This document shows, in pieces, positions 11,092 to 21,293 of a stretch of DNA of 64,000 nucleotides (positions are counted from its first letter, which is position 1; the number at the start of each line of letters is the position of its first letter). The notes below the pieces were generated by a model. It was not told where the DNA came from, did no database searches, and saw only the letters and a list, made by a program, of their open reading frames with translations. The DNA comes from an uncultured Verrucomicrobiae bacterium (GTDB lineage Bacteria; Verrucomicrobiota; Verrucomicrobiia; Chthoniobacterales; JAFAMB01): NCBI GenBank assembly GCA_963762565.1, contig CAVXLD010000005.1, forward strand, positions 352,001-416,000, written 5' to 3'. The position numbers were made by a program, and so were the translations under genes.

Positions 11092-11257
11092 TAGGTTCCA
11101 AATTTCTATACGGCAGATCGCCTGCAAGGAGTGTTTTGCTCGAGCCTAGATAAATCCGCAGTCGACAGTGGCTGCCCCCGACCGCGCCAAACGCCGAACG
11201 CCGAACGCCAAACGCCAAACGCCGAACGCCAAACGCCAAACGCCAAACGCCAAACGC
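11048..11257. repeat. Element with inverted GGCGTT(C/T) / AACGCC(A/G) heptamer arms
   Basis: ~4 heptamers at 11048-11078 and ~10 at 11185-11257 in opposite orientation. Confidence 0.85.
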
Positions 11258-11263
11258 ATACAC

Positions 11264-12511
11264 TCACCGCGATTTGGCTGCTCCGATTTCTTCGTCCCAA
11301 CGGTGGAAAGCGGTTACCATTGCTTTCGCATCAAGCGGAGTCTCTTTTGGATTGTCAGCAATCAAACTGTCGTACTCTGGCCGGCCGAATTCCTTTATTA
11401 CTTGCTGGCTGTGCTCAGGCGCCATTGAAATCGGCACATCTTTGACCGCTGGACCCGGATAAAAGTATCCGTCGTCATAGGTCGTAGCTTGCTGTTCCGG
11501 TCTCAATAAGAAAGCCATCAAATCCAGCAGCACCGCGATTTTCTCCGGCGCCATTCCTTTTGGAATCACCATATAATGTCCGTCGGTAACCCAATGGAAC
11601 CCTTTCAGCGCGGCTACTTGCGCCGATTTCGGAACGATGCCAAGAACGCGGGGATTGATGTCCCAGCCTGTCGTACTAGCGATAATATCGCGCGACCCCT
11701 CGCCAAATTCCTTCATCGTCGCTGTAGTCCCGGAAGGATAATAGTCGACGTACTTGTTCAATTCCTTCAAGTAGGACCAGGTCTTCTCCCAACCATTGAC
11801 TGGGTCTTTCGGGCTAGAATCCCCGAGAAGATAGGGTAACCCCATCAAAAGAGTTCGTCCCGGACCGGAATTCGCCGGCCGGGCATACATGAACCGTCCG
11901 GGATGCGCCTTGCACCATGCGAGTAGTTCATCTGTACTTTTCGGAACATCTTTCACCCGTTCAGGCGCGTACTCTAGAAGTGGACCCGAAGGATAATACG
12001 TGACTGTGATGCCGTAGCCTTTTCCCAGCTGGTACAAGTCCCGAGCCGGAGGTAAATAATTTGACTCCAGGTTTGGAAATTTATCCTGATAATCCGGCAT
12101 CAGCCTTAACCAAAGGTCTTGGTCGATACCGGCCGCAAGTCCGTCTAAGCCGGTGAGAACGAGATCAATGTCAAGACGCCCTGCATTCTGTTGCGCCTTA
12201 ATCTTGCTGGGGAGCTCTGGGGCAGGAGCCTGATTGTAGTGAATTTGGCTAACCAGCTTAGGATTCACCTTGCGATAGTTCTCAATGCTTTGTTTGGTCA
12301 GCTGCAGGTTGCCGGCCACATCAATGATGTTGAGCATCACCGGGTTATTCGGCAGTGCCGGCGCGTCTGCCCAGGCAGAAAGCAGATTGCCAGGCAAAAA
12401 CGTTGCCGCTGCGGTGGAAGCAGAAACTCCGGCGATAAAACGTCGCCGGGTGATCTCCTGTTCGCGTTTTAGCGAACTCGAGCCATTGGTCTTAGAAGGG
12501 GAGTCAGCCAT
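11264..12511 (-). CDS. ABC transporter extracellular solute-binding protein with Tat signal
   Basis: ITRRRFI twin-arginine leader; first gene of the operon with the ATPase and permeases. Confidence 0.88.
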   Translation of the reverse strand: MADSPSKTNGSSSLKREQEITRRRFIAGVSASTAAATFLPGNLLSAWADAPALPNNPVMLNIIDVAGNLQLTKQSIENYRKVNPKLVSQIHYNQAPAPELPSKIKAQQNAGRLDIDLVLTGLDGLAAGIDQDLWLRLMPDYQDKFPNLESNYLPPARDLYQLGKGYGITVTYYPSGPLLEYAPERVKDVPKSTDELLAWCKAHPGRFMYARPANSGPGRTLLMGLPYLLGDSSPKDPVNGWEKTWSYLKELNKYVDYYPSGTTATMKEFGEGSRDIIASTTGWDINPRVLGIVPKSAQVAALKGFHWVTDGHYMVIPKGMAPEKIAVLLDLMAFLLRPEQQATTYDDGYFYPGPAVKDVPISMAPEHSQQVIKEFGRPEYDSLIADNPKETPLDAKAMVTAFHRWDEEIGAAKSR

Positions 12512-12576
12512 TTTTCGGGGGATTGCAGTTTATTCTTAGCAGATTTCATCAGCTTCTCTAGAGAAATTTCGTCCCT

Positions 12577-13014
12577 CGTCCTCGAAACTCTGGTAGGGCG
12601 AGGCTCCAAAACGTAATAGGCTGCTGGCATACTTAGCGCCCGCGGCTACTCCGTCTAGTAGGTTACGTAAGCATGGCCGAGCCGGGGATGGAGCGTGGCA
12701 AAGATTGAGCGTGCTCTCTTGTTGCGAATCCGGTCTTGGGTCATCGCCCTGGTGTGGCACGCTTATCGGACCAAATCATACTGTCCCTTTCGGGACGGGC
12801 CGCCTTCTTACACCATTCCAGGCACTAAACTGCCTGGCTACCATCGTAAAGTCCCTCCAGGACAGAAACCTTACACGAGCCCATCGCCAGGAGGGATCGC
12901 GTCCTCGCGATCAGCTGTTACCGAAGCCGAGCACGTGTTCTAATCATCGGCGAAAATACACGCTTCGGTTATGGCACGTCCTCGCGGCGCGCGGGGACGC
13001 GCGCCCTCCCGAAT
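12577..13014. repeat. 438-bp composite REP element, copy 1 (split GTAG-REP + GTCCC/GGGAC module + GGAG-REP doublet)
   Basis: Collinear homolog at 23673-24110. Confidence 0.9.
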
Positions 13015-13036
13015 ACGTGACCACGCGCCCATCGCT

Positions 13037-13156
13037 GGGAGGGATCGCGTCTCGTGATCGTTGTTAACGAAGCCAAGCACGTGTTCTAATCACCGGCGAA
13101 AATAGACCCTTCGGTTATGGCACATCCTCGCGGCGCGCGGGGACGCGCGCCCTCCC
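13037..13156. repeat. Extra tandem copy of the ~120-bp GGAG-REP doublet (REPIN-like)
   Basis: gggagggatcgcg...gcggcgcgcggggacgcgcgccctccc; other copies at 12890-13010, 23985-24105 and inverted at 37690-37808. Confidence 0.85.
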
Positions 13157-13230
13157 CGATCTGCACCCTGCGAACGCTGTTGGAGAGGGACATCCTCCAA
13201 CCCGAAAACCTAAAACCTAAAACCTCCAAC

Positions 13231-15015
13231 TCATGACCCTTTTAAGTAACGATCAAAGAATTGGAGCTCCCGCCGGATCGCATCGATCTGGTTCTCGCGC
13301 TTACTGAATCTGTGCCCCTCATTCGGATAATAATGAGCCTCCACAGTCTTCCCCGCATCACGGAGGATCTTTACCACTTGTTCGGCTTCTTCTTTGGGAA
13401 CGCGGATATCGTTATCGCCTTGTAGCACTAACAGGGGCGCCTTTGCGTTCCTGATGTACGCCAAGGGAGAATCAGCCTCGTAAATGGAACGATCCTTATC
13501 CGGATCACCGAGGAGCGATTTTTCGTATTGCTGAAGAAGCGGGTCTTCGTGCTGCAGCATGGTCAACCAATTGATAATGCCGAACATTTCGACCACGGCT
13601 GCCCTACATCCGGTGTCTTACCAATCGCCATCATCGTCATATAGCCGCCATAGGAGCCTCCGGTGATCCCGATTTTCTTCGGATTGACGTAGCCGGTGGC
13701 TTCAAGGAATTTCGCCGCATAAACTTCGTCTTGTAAGTCGCCGCCACCTAGGTCTTTGACATTCGCTTTTTGAAACTCGATGCCGTACCCGGTCGATCCT
13801 CGCACATTTGGAGCGATGCAAACGTAGCCGCGCGTAACCAAGGTAATGATCCCGCGGCTGAAGTTATCAACGGTTTGTCCGGTAGGTCCTCCGTGCGGAA
13901 GCACAATTCCAGGGTTCGACCCGTCTCGCTTGAGGTTGAACGGTGCCCAAACAAAGGCGCTAATGATCTTACCATCGAAAGTTTTGTAGTGGACCAATTG
14001 AGAGGCGGGGATTTTGGCCGCGCTGAGGCTCGCAATCGCAGAAAACGTTAACTGCCGCGCCTGATGCCGGGCAATATCGTAATCCACGGATGATTCGCTC
14101 TCGAGCTCTCGTGTGCGACTAGGAGAGGTCCTTTTTGCGGCGAGAACGGGTTGTGTTCGGTGGTCCTATTTAATCCGTCTGGGAAACTGATTTTCTCGCC
14201 GTGCCGGGTGGCGGTTTCTGCGAGATAGGCGTCGACCCGTCCGTCTTCGTTCACATAATAAGTAAATTGTTTGCAATCCTGGGGAAGAATACCGAACGCT
14301 TCCACTTCAGGTCAGTTACCCAGGTTGGTTTTTTGGTAAGGAGATCGATCTCCGCGACATTAAAGTAACCGCCTGGCCGGTCTGCTGATACCAGAAGAGT
14401 AGCGCCGTCCGGCGAAATGGAAGAAAGGGTAGTCCGCACTTCTCCCTGGTGCGGTGTTAGGTTTTCCAATTTGCCGGTGGCGACTTCGATTCGATAGATA
14501 TCGCTGTCAGTGAACCCAGCGTTGGAACGGGTTGAATAAATGAATTGCCATCTGGACTCCAGACTATGTCGACCGACGAATGGTCCGGGCTCTTTTCCTG
14601 GGTGAGGTTACGGACGGTGTGCCGGTTCCAATCGAGCACCGCGACGTCGGTGGATGGCGATGTTTTGGGCTTATAAAGCAGAGCCAATGATTGTCCGTCA
14701 GGTGACCATGTCGGGTCCGTTTCGGAGATGTCTGGTGTGTTAGTGAGGTTAACGACCGCACCGCCGTCACTGGGAATCGCGTAAATATCATACATCTCAT
14801 CTCCGCCTCGATCCGATGTGAAGGCGATCCATTTTCCATCGGGTGACCAAGCGGCGCCCACCTGGCGTTCATCGGATTGGCTGAGTTGAATCGGCCATCC
14901 GCCGTCCGCTTTACCTTCCACAGATTGTATCGACCGGTGAAGGCTGAAAACGATATTTCATCCGCGACCAGGCCCGCCGGCAAGCGAGCGAGTGTAGAAA
15001 AGGTCATCAATTGGA
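13231..15015 (-). pseudogene. Frameshifted S9 (prolyl oligopeptidase/acylaminoacyl peptidase) gene with TolB-like propeller
   Basis: Consecutive fragments in different frames: WSPDG repeats, PHGGP, GGSYGG nucleophile, QGDND, EGH; at least 5 frameshifts. Confidence 0.88.
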
Positions 15016-15033
15016 ATCGGGACGGCGTTCACT

Positions 15034-15209
15034 ACAGATTACACAGATTACTGCGGATTTCGTATTTCAGGTTCCGCGATCACTACCAAGCTGAACGCCA
15101 AATAGACAGACCAAAGGGATGTATTTCATAACGGGGTATCCGCACTGGTCTCCCGCCTCGATAGCCGCCGACTTCTGGCGTCAATCCGAAATCTGCAAAA
15201 TCTGCGGAT
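15034..15209. repeat. Element with inverted CAGATTA-type 9-mer arms
   Basis: acagattacacagatt at 15034-15060; aatctgcaaaatctgcggat at 15183-15209. Confidence 0.65.
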
Positions 15210-15271
15210 ATTTACTCTTTCTTTCTGCGGTCGTTCTTGAACGTCCAGTCGCTCGGCTTAAAGAACCAGGT

Positions 15272-15619
15272 ATGCCCTATCTATCGATCCAGACCAACAA
15301 AGAGTTAGAGGAGAAGGAACAGAGCCGGCTGCTGGCGGAGGCATCCAAGATTGTTGCCGCTAAGCTAAACAAACCAGAGAAGTACGTCATGGTTGCCTGG
15401 ACAGCGGCGCCAAAAATGATTTTTGATAATGATCCGAACGGCGCTGCGTTTCTCGAACTGCAAAGCATTGGTATCCCGGAAGCAAGTCGCCAGGAACTTG
15501 CTGCCGCATTAGCCAAATGTGTCGCTCAATTCCTCGGAATAGACGCCGATCGCGTCTATTTGGTGATGAAGGACGTACCCGCTAAATACTGGGCACAAGG
15601 CGAACAGACGTTTGGCTAA
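15272..15619 (+). CDS. MIF/phenylpyruvate tautomerase family protein
   Basis: Starts M-P (catalytic Pro1) MPYLSIQTN; KPEKYVMV, SIG and DRVY motifs. Confidence 0.85.
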   Translation: MPYLSIQTNKELEEKEQSRLLAEASKIVAAKLNKPEKYVMVAWTAAPKMIFDNDPNGAAFLELQSIGIPEASRQELAAALAKCVAQFLGIDADRVYLVMKDVPAKYWAQGEQTFG

Positions 15620-15671
15620 CCCAGCGCTCTTTTTGCCACAAGCCCGAGCAAACGCCGGCAAAACGGGAAAG

Positions 15672-15840
15672 ATCCGCAGATTACGCAGCGAAAGTTCCGG
15701 GGTAAAATTACGCAGATTTCGTTGCGAGGTGAGTTAGCATCACGGGTTAAGGAGAACGTATTGGTACGAAAGATTTATCTTTCTCGCCGGCGGCATCAAA
15801 GCTCACAACGAAATCTGCGCAATCTGCGAAATCTGCGGAT
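15672..15840. mobile_element. MITE-like element with inverted CGCAGATTA 9-mer arms, copy A
   Basis: Arms and interior are homologous to 20191-20332. Confidence 0.75.
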
Positions 15841-16275
15841 CATTTCTCTTTGTGACCGTGGCTCCACCGAGTGACCGACGAGAGTTCTAGAACCATCTGC
15901 GCCCCAGCTAAATCAGTGTCTATCTGGTTCATCCGCCTCCGCAAGGCCTGCGGCGCGACAGGTTCTGCGGTTAGGGTCTTTGTTCCTGTTCGTTCCCAGG
16001 TTTCCCGCTCGTGATTGGTGCCCATCTGCGGTTCGGCCGTGCATGCCGCAGATAACTAGTTGGAGCTGCAAGGAACACAGCGACCGAAGTCCATTCAGGT
16101 CACAGCGCTCCAAGCAGCTCCGTTCTACGAGTTCCCGAAAACCCAAGCCCTCCTGGCTTTAGTGCCCGTGCTCGTCTTGTCTGATATCTTTTTTGTCTGC
16201 CCTGATATCCTTCTCCACCGCTTTGATCTTTTCCTTCTCCTTATCGATCACGCTTTTGCTTTTATGCTCTAGCCG

Positions 16276-16402
16276 GTGAGCAGTAAGCCGTAAGCAGTAA
16301 GCCGTAAGTGAGCAGTCACCCCAGCAGCGACTTTCGATCGAGTAGCGAAGCTGACGACTGATTTACTGCTCACTGCTCACTGCTTACTGCTCACTGCTTA
16401 CT
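16276..16402. repeat. Element with inverted CAGTAAG / CTTACTG heptamer arms
   Basis: Arrays at 16276-16316 and 16357-16402. Confidence 0.8.
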
Positions 16403-16425
16403 TAGCGCGACCGAGTCTCTCAATC

Positions 16426-17250
16426 TCACACGGTCTGGGCGAGCCGCGGAGTCCGGGCTGCATGCTCGGCGCCTCCGCCCATCTCTCGTTCGTAAAGAGG
16501 GACGACTTCAGTAGTAGGTCCAAACATCTCGACTTGCCCCTGGCGCAGCCAGAGGCAGAGTTGGCTTGTCCGGCGGACGTGGGCCGTCTCGTGATTGACC
16601 ATGATCGTGGTATGCCCTTGCTTGATGATCGCATCCATCCGTTCAAAACACTTCTTTTTGAACGCAGCGTCTCCGACCGCGATGACTTCATCTAAAATGA
16701 CGATCTCCGGGTTGAGATTCGCGGCCACGGAAAAAGCTAAACGGATGTACATCCCGCTTGAATAGTTCTTAACGGGTACATCTATGAACCGTTCTAGCCC
16801 GGAGAAATCAACGATCTCGTCGAACTTTCCCCGGATCTCCTTCTTGGAAAAACCGAGCATCGTCCCATTTAGATAGATGTTGTCTCGTCCGGAAAACTCA
16901 GGATGAAACCCGGCTCCTACCTCGAGCAGGCTCGCTAACCGGCCGAAGACCCTGGCCTTTCCTGCGGTGGGTTGAGTAATGCGAGATAAGATCTTGAGTA
17001 AAGTGGACTTGCCCGCTCCGTTCTCCCCGATAATGGCTAACGTTTGGCCTTGATACAATTGAAAGGAGACATCACGCAGCGCCCAGAAACCGTTGCGGGA
17101 ACTTTCTATCTCGCCGAGTGCTCGAGTCTGGAGCAGCCGGTGCACACCGGTGACGGTGCTGGACCAGATATCCTCAAAAAATGTCCGCTGGTTGCGTTCA
17201 CCGAGGAAAAACTCTTTCGAGATATGATGAGCTTCGATGGCAATTGGCAT
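16426..17250 (-). CDS. wzt: Polysaccharide export ABC transporter ATP-binding protein (Wzt-like)
   Basis: GENGAGKS, YSSGM signature, ILDEV, FWALRDVSF. Confidence 0.88.
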   Translation of the reverse strand: MPIAIEAHHISKEFFLGERNQRTFFEDIWSSTVTGVHRLLQTRALGEIESSRNGFWALRDVSFQLYQGQTLAIIGENGAGKSTLLKILSRITQPTAGKARVFGRLASLLEVGAGFHPEFSGRDNIYLNGTMLGFSKKEIRGKFDEIVDFSGLERFIDVPVKNYSSGMYIRLAFSVAANLNPEIVILDEVIAVGDAAFKKKCFERMDAIIKQGHTTIMVNHETAHVRRTSQLCLWLRQGQVEMFGPTTEVVPLYEREMGGGAEHAARTPRLAQTV

Positions 17251-18158
17251 TAGATCGTATCTGTGAAAGTTCTCTCGGCCCTTTTGAAGCAGGTAACGCC
17301 AACTATGGCCACCACGAGCGTAATCGCGGTCGCGATGATAAGAGGCTGAGTGTTAGCGTGTTCTGTGCCAAATAAGCTTGAGCGATAACATTCCACAAAG
17401 CTCGCCATGGGGTTCAGCGTAATCAGCCAGTGCAGATTCGCTGGCACAGCGCTCCGTGGACAAATTACCAAGCTGCCATACATCCAGAGGTTGAGCATGT
17501 AGCCAACCACAATCGTCAGGTCCCGATATTTCACCGTGGCTGCTGCGATCAGACAACCGAGGCCTAGAGCCAATAAGGCCATTAATCCAAGGATCAATGG
17601 CAATTCAAACAGTCGCAGACTCAGCTCGATTCTTTTCCCACTGAGCGCGTAGAAGCCGATCACGACGAACAAGACCAGCAACTGGGGAAGAAAGTTAAGC
17701 ACATTCGTGCCGATCTGGCTGAGCGGCATGATAAGGCGCGGGAAGTAGATCTTTCGGAAGACCGTGGCGTTCAGCAGAAAGGTATACGCCACCTGGCTCA
17801 CACAATTCGAAAAGAAATTCCAAACGATGATGCCAGACATATAGAAAACCAACGGCGGTAAATCCGTGGTGGAAAGGCGAGCAATGCGGCTAAAGATGAC
17901 CAAAAAAGTGAGCGAGGCAATGAATGGCTGAACGAAAAACCAGAGCGGTCCAAGAGCAGTCTGTTTATAGGCAGCAACGAAATCTCTTTTGACAAGCAAT
18001 GAAAAAAGCTCGCGGTAGGCCCAAAGATCTCTCGGATGGCCATCGAGCGCTTTACCCGGCTCAACCACATAGCTCGGTCTGGCAACGTTTATTTCAGAGG
18101 CTGACATCGCATCGGAATTAGGTTGATGGACCTGATCTGCGCCGTGAGCGGGCGACAC
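17250..18158 (-). CDS. wzm: Polysaccharide export ABC-2 permease (Wzm-like)
   Basis: LWAYREL...YKQTALG, KIYFPR, YRD, LNPM and F.D.I C-terminus. Confidence 0.88.
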   Translation of the reverse strand: MSPAHGADQVHQPNSDAMSASEINVARPSYVVEPGKALDGHPRDLWAYRELFSLLVKRDFVAAYKQTALGPLWFFVQPFIASLTFLVIFSRIARLSTTDLPPLVFYMSGIIVWNFFSNCVSQVAYTFLLNATVFRKIYFPRLIMPLSQIGTNVLNFLPQLLVLFVVIGFYALSGKRIELSLRLFELPLILGLMALLALGLGCLIAAATVKYRDLTIVVGYMLNLWMYGSLVICPRSAVPANLHWLITLNPMASFVECYRSSLFGTEHANTQPLIIATAITLVVAIVGVTCFKRAERTFTDTI

Positions 18159-18389
18159 CGCCGGCTGAACGGTTGAGCACTTTCGGTCGCCAGGTTACCG
18201 TTCTTTGCCCGCGTAATAAAGAGTTGCGCCTATCCATCTAAAAATCCTCGCGTCCTTAGACACCAATAGCAATCGGGTGTTTAAGTGCAATCTTAATCTA
18301 TACTAGATTGATATGGTTTAAGGGTTAAACAGCTCATCTCCAAGTCGATATGGTGCACGTTTTCATTGCTCGTACCAGCCAATAAAAAA

Positions 18390-18462
18390 CGACCCTAACG
18401 GGATTCGAACCCGTGTTACCGCCGTGAAAGGGCGGTGTCCTAGGCCACTGGACGATAGGGTC
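18390..18462 (-). tRNA. tRNA-Glu (TTC)
   Basis: Reverse complement gaccctatcgtccagtggcctaggacaccgcccTTTCACggcggtaacacgggttcgaatcccgttagggtcg folds as a cloverleaf; CCA not encoded. Confidence 0.95.
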
Positions 18463-18708
18463 TCAAAAAAAAGAGAGCGGTTACGGTTGCATTAACCCAC
18501 GAGTCTGCAAGCAAAATAAACGAGCGAGAACGCCGGGACCGAGCGTGAACGGTAGGACTGAATAGCCAGATACCAGATCACAAATAGCAAGAGAACACCC
18601 GACAAACGCGCCCAGAATTCGCAGGCGTATTGGCCTTTGCGCCCGTCTTACTGATCACTGATTACTGTTTACTGTTTACTAGTCCCCTGGCGAGAACGGA
18701 GCTGGCGG

Positions 18709-20001
18709 CTATCCCTGCCACGTCATGTTCCGAAGAATAAACGCGGCGGCACGCTCTGTGGCGCCGCGGTGCTGGGCTAAGACGCGGTCAGAATTGGCCA
18801 CCATTTCGGACGCGGCTTTTGAATTAGTAAGGAGACGCTCGACGGCGGTCGCGAGACCTGATTCATCAGCCAACTGCAGGATTCCTTTCTCGCGTACAAG
18901 CTCTTCAATTAAGAACTTAAAATTCTCCATGTGCGGTCCGCAGATAACCGGTTTACGCGCGAGCAGCGGTTCCACTGGATTCTGGCCGCCCACACTTCTG
19001 AAGCTTTTTCCGATGACCACCACGGACGCGGTTTGGTACCAATCTGTCAGTTCCCCAGTCGAATCGACGATCAGCACCGATGGGTTTTCGCGGAAAGCCG
19101 GTGCTGAGCGCAGGGTGTGCGGAATGGATCGTTCGCGTAGGATTTTTTCAACGTCGGGCGCCCGTTCAAAATGACGAGGAACCAGGATCAGGAACAGGTC
19201 AGGGAATTTCGGGAGCAGGCTTTGAAAAATCTGGATCAAAAGTTCTTCTTCGCCTGAATGAAGGCTGCCGCCGAGTAGGCACGGACGGTTGGGATGAATC
19301 CCCTGTTGTTTCAGCCAATCAACGAACCGGAGGTTCGCTGGAGTATCGACAGTGTCGTATTTGATACTGCCGGTCAGAATGACCTGATCTGAGCGCAGAC
19401 CGAGCCGGATCCAACGCTCAGCATCGTGCGGGTCCTGGCTCAGAATCGAGCTCAGCCGGTCCCAGAAAAGTGGCTTAGCAAACCGTTGAAACCGAAGGTA
19501 TCGGGCTTCTGACCTGGGCGATAGGCGCGCATTGGCCAGGAATACCGGCGTCCGTTCTTGTTGAGCAATGGCTAAGAAACTGGGCCAAAGATCGGAATCG
19601 ATCAGGATAAGAGTTTGCGGCCGGATCAGGCGCCAAATTGGGCGTAACAGCGGATAAAAATCGATTGGGCTGTAAATGACCCGGCTCCAATCTGGCGCTC
19701 GATCCAAGGCCAATTGGTATCCGGTGGAAGTGGTAGTTGAGATTACAGCCTGAAAAGTAGGGTCTTGCCGGCGTATCTCTTCTATCAGTCGAAAGGCCAC
19801 TAAGACTTCGCCGACGCTGACGGCGCGTACCCAGCTCCACTTCCCCTGGCTAAGGTCCGAACGTAACCGGTGCGAAAAAAAACCGAACCGCTGAAAGAAG
19901 TTCCGGGCGTACCCGCCGCGCCGGATCATTCGCCGAAGGTAAACCGGAAGCGACACCAGCAAGAACAGAGGTAGCAGCAGATTATAAAGAAATAAAAGCA
20001 T
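18709..20001 (-). CDS. waaA: 3-deoxy-D-manno-octulosonic acid (Kdo) transferase
   Basis: AVSVGE, NARLS, TGSIKYD, VPRHFER, GGQNPVEP, GPHMENF. Confidence 0.93.
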   Translation of the reverse strand: MLLFLYNLLLPLFLLVSLPVYLRRMIRRGGYARNFFQRFGFFSHRLRSDLSQGKWSWVRAVSVGEVLVAFRLIEEIRRQDPTFQAVISTTTSTGYQLALDRAPDWSRVIYSPIDFYPLLRPIWRLIRPQTLILIDSDLWPSFLAIAQQERTPVFLANARLSPRSEARYLRFQRFAKPLFWDRLSSILSQDPHDAERWIRLGLRSDQVILTGSIKYDTVDTPANLRFVDWLKQQGIHPNRPCLLGGSLHSGEEELLIQIFQSLLPKFPDLFLILVPRHFERAPDVEKILRERSIPHTLRSAPAFRENPSVLIVDSTGELTDWYQTASVVVIGKSFRSVGGQNPVEPLLARKPVICGPHMENFKFLIEELVREKGILQLADESGLATAVERLLTNSKAASEMVANSDRVLAQHRGATERAAAFILRNMTWQG

Positions 20002-20022
20002 CCAAAGGCCGAACCGCAGAGG

Positions 20023-20464
20023 TAACCGCGAATAGACACGAATACTACCGCGAATGCACGCGAATGGAGAACCAACCGCAGCCCCGAAATCCTCCGGGGT
20101 GAAATGAACGCAGATTTAGATTGGAACGAGAGGCCGCGTTAGAACCGTGGTGAGTCACTCGGCCGGGCCACGATCAAACAAAGAGAAATTATCCGCAGAT
20201 TACGCAGATTACGCAGATTTCGTTCGGGGGTTAGCTAGCCCGCGAGGTAAAGAAGAACGTGTCACTACGATAGATGCGTTTCAATCGCCGGTCGTATCAA
20301 GGCTCCAAAGGTAATCTGCGAAATCTGCGGATCGTTCCTGTCTTGCCGGCTTTGCTCGATCCAACGCGCGTCTCGCTCTATTGCGTTGCCCGTCCGGACG
20401 TTATCATCTGCGTCAATCTGCGTTCATCTGCGGTTGAGGTGTTTGTTCGTGTCTATTTGCGGTT
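20023..20464. mobile_element. Nested element: outer inverted CGCGAAT/CGCAGAT arms enclosing an inner CGCAGATTA element (copy B, 20191-20332)
   Basis: taaccgcgaatagacacgaa (20023-20042) matches the reverse complement of 20446-20465 at 19/20. Confidence 0.75.
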
Positions 20465-20997
20465 AAAAAGAGGACTTGGGTTGAGCCGTAGGTTTTATCT
20501 CGGACTGCGGTCCAGCCGTGGGCTTCCAGGGCTAGGTCGCCTGACGTTTTTTCGAGCACTAGCAGGCCGTCATCTGCAAGCCGGTCCTTAAGCGCACTCG
20601 ATCCGATGAGCTTGGCGGCGAGGTCAGGGTCGTTCGGGCGTTTCGAGTAAGGTGGATCCGCGAAGATGAGATCGAATTTTTGATCGGTTCGTTCCAGGAA
20701 ACGAAACACATCCGAGCGAAAGACAGCGGCTTCGAGCCGGGTTTTCTCAAGGTTCGCTGTGATCGCGGCGATCGCCTTAGGATGATCATCCACAAAAGTT
20801 GCTGACGCTGCGCCACGGCTTAAAGCCTCGATGCCAAAAGCGCCGCTCCCCGAAAAAAGGTCGAGCACTCGGGCGTCGATCACCCGTTCACCCAGAGCCG
20901 AAAAGATCGCTCCGCGCACCATCTCCATCGTCGGACGCAGGTCATTACTCGGAATCCTGAGAGGGATGCCGCGAGCGGAACCGGAGATTATTCGCAA
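20413..20997 (-). CDS. rsmD: 16S rRNA (guanine966-N2)-methyltransferase
   Basis: MRIISG, LRPT, VLDLFSGSG, EALSRGA, FADPPY, YG; C-terminal tail is repeat-derived. Confidence 0.92.
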   Translation of the reverse strand: MRIISGSARGIPLRIPSNDLRPTMEMVRGAIFSALGERVIDARVLDLFSGSGAFGIEALSRGAASATFVDDHPKAIAAITANLEKTRLEAAVFRSDVFRFLERTDQKFDLIFADPPYSKRPNDPDLAAKLIGSSALKDRLADDGLLVLEKTSGDLALEAHGWTAVRDKTYGSTQVLFLTANRHEQTPQPQMNAD

Positions 20998-21293
20998 AGC
21001 CGTGAGAGGTGAGAGGTGAGAAGTGAGAGGTGGTGCGGCGTAAGCAGTAAACAGTAAGCAGTAAGCAGGGATTGGTGATTGGCGGTGCCTGGGGTGCCGG
21101 TGTTCGATAGGCTGTTTTGCCGGCCTGCTCTCAGGCTCGTTTGTTGCTCGATTGAATGACGTGTTCCGCTCTATCGCATAGCCGGACTACCAGATCATCT
21201 GCGTACATCTGCGTTCATTTCACCCCGGAGGATTTCGGGGCTGCGGTTGGACTGTCTTAATTTCGCGTCCATTCGTGGTTTGGCTCCCGCTCG

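Noticed and set aside
16159..16272. Minus-strand charged peptide VIDKEKEKIKAVEKDIRADKKDIRQDEHGH*
   Set aside because: Looks coding but is very short and abuts a heptamer arm; cannot be assigned as gene or remnant
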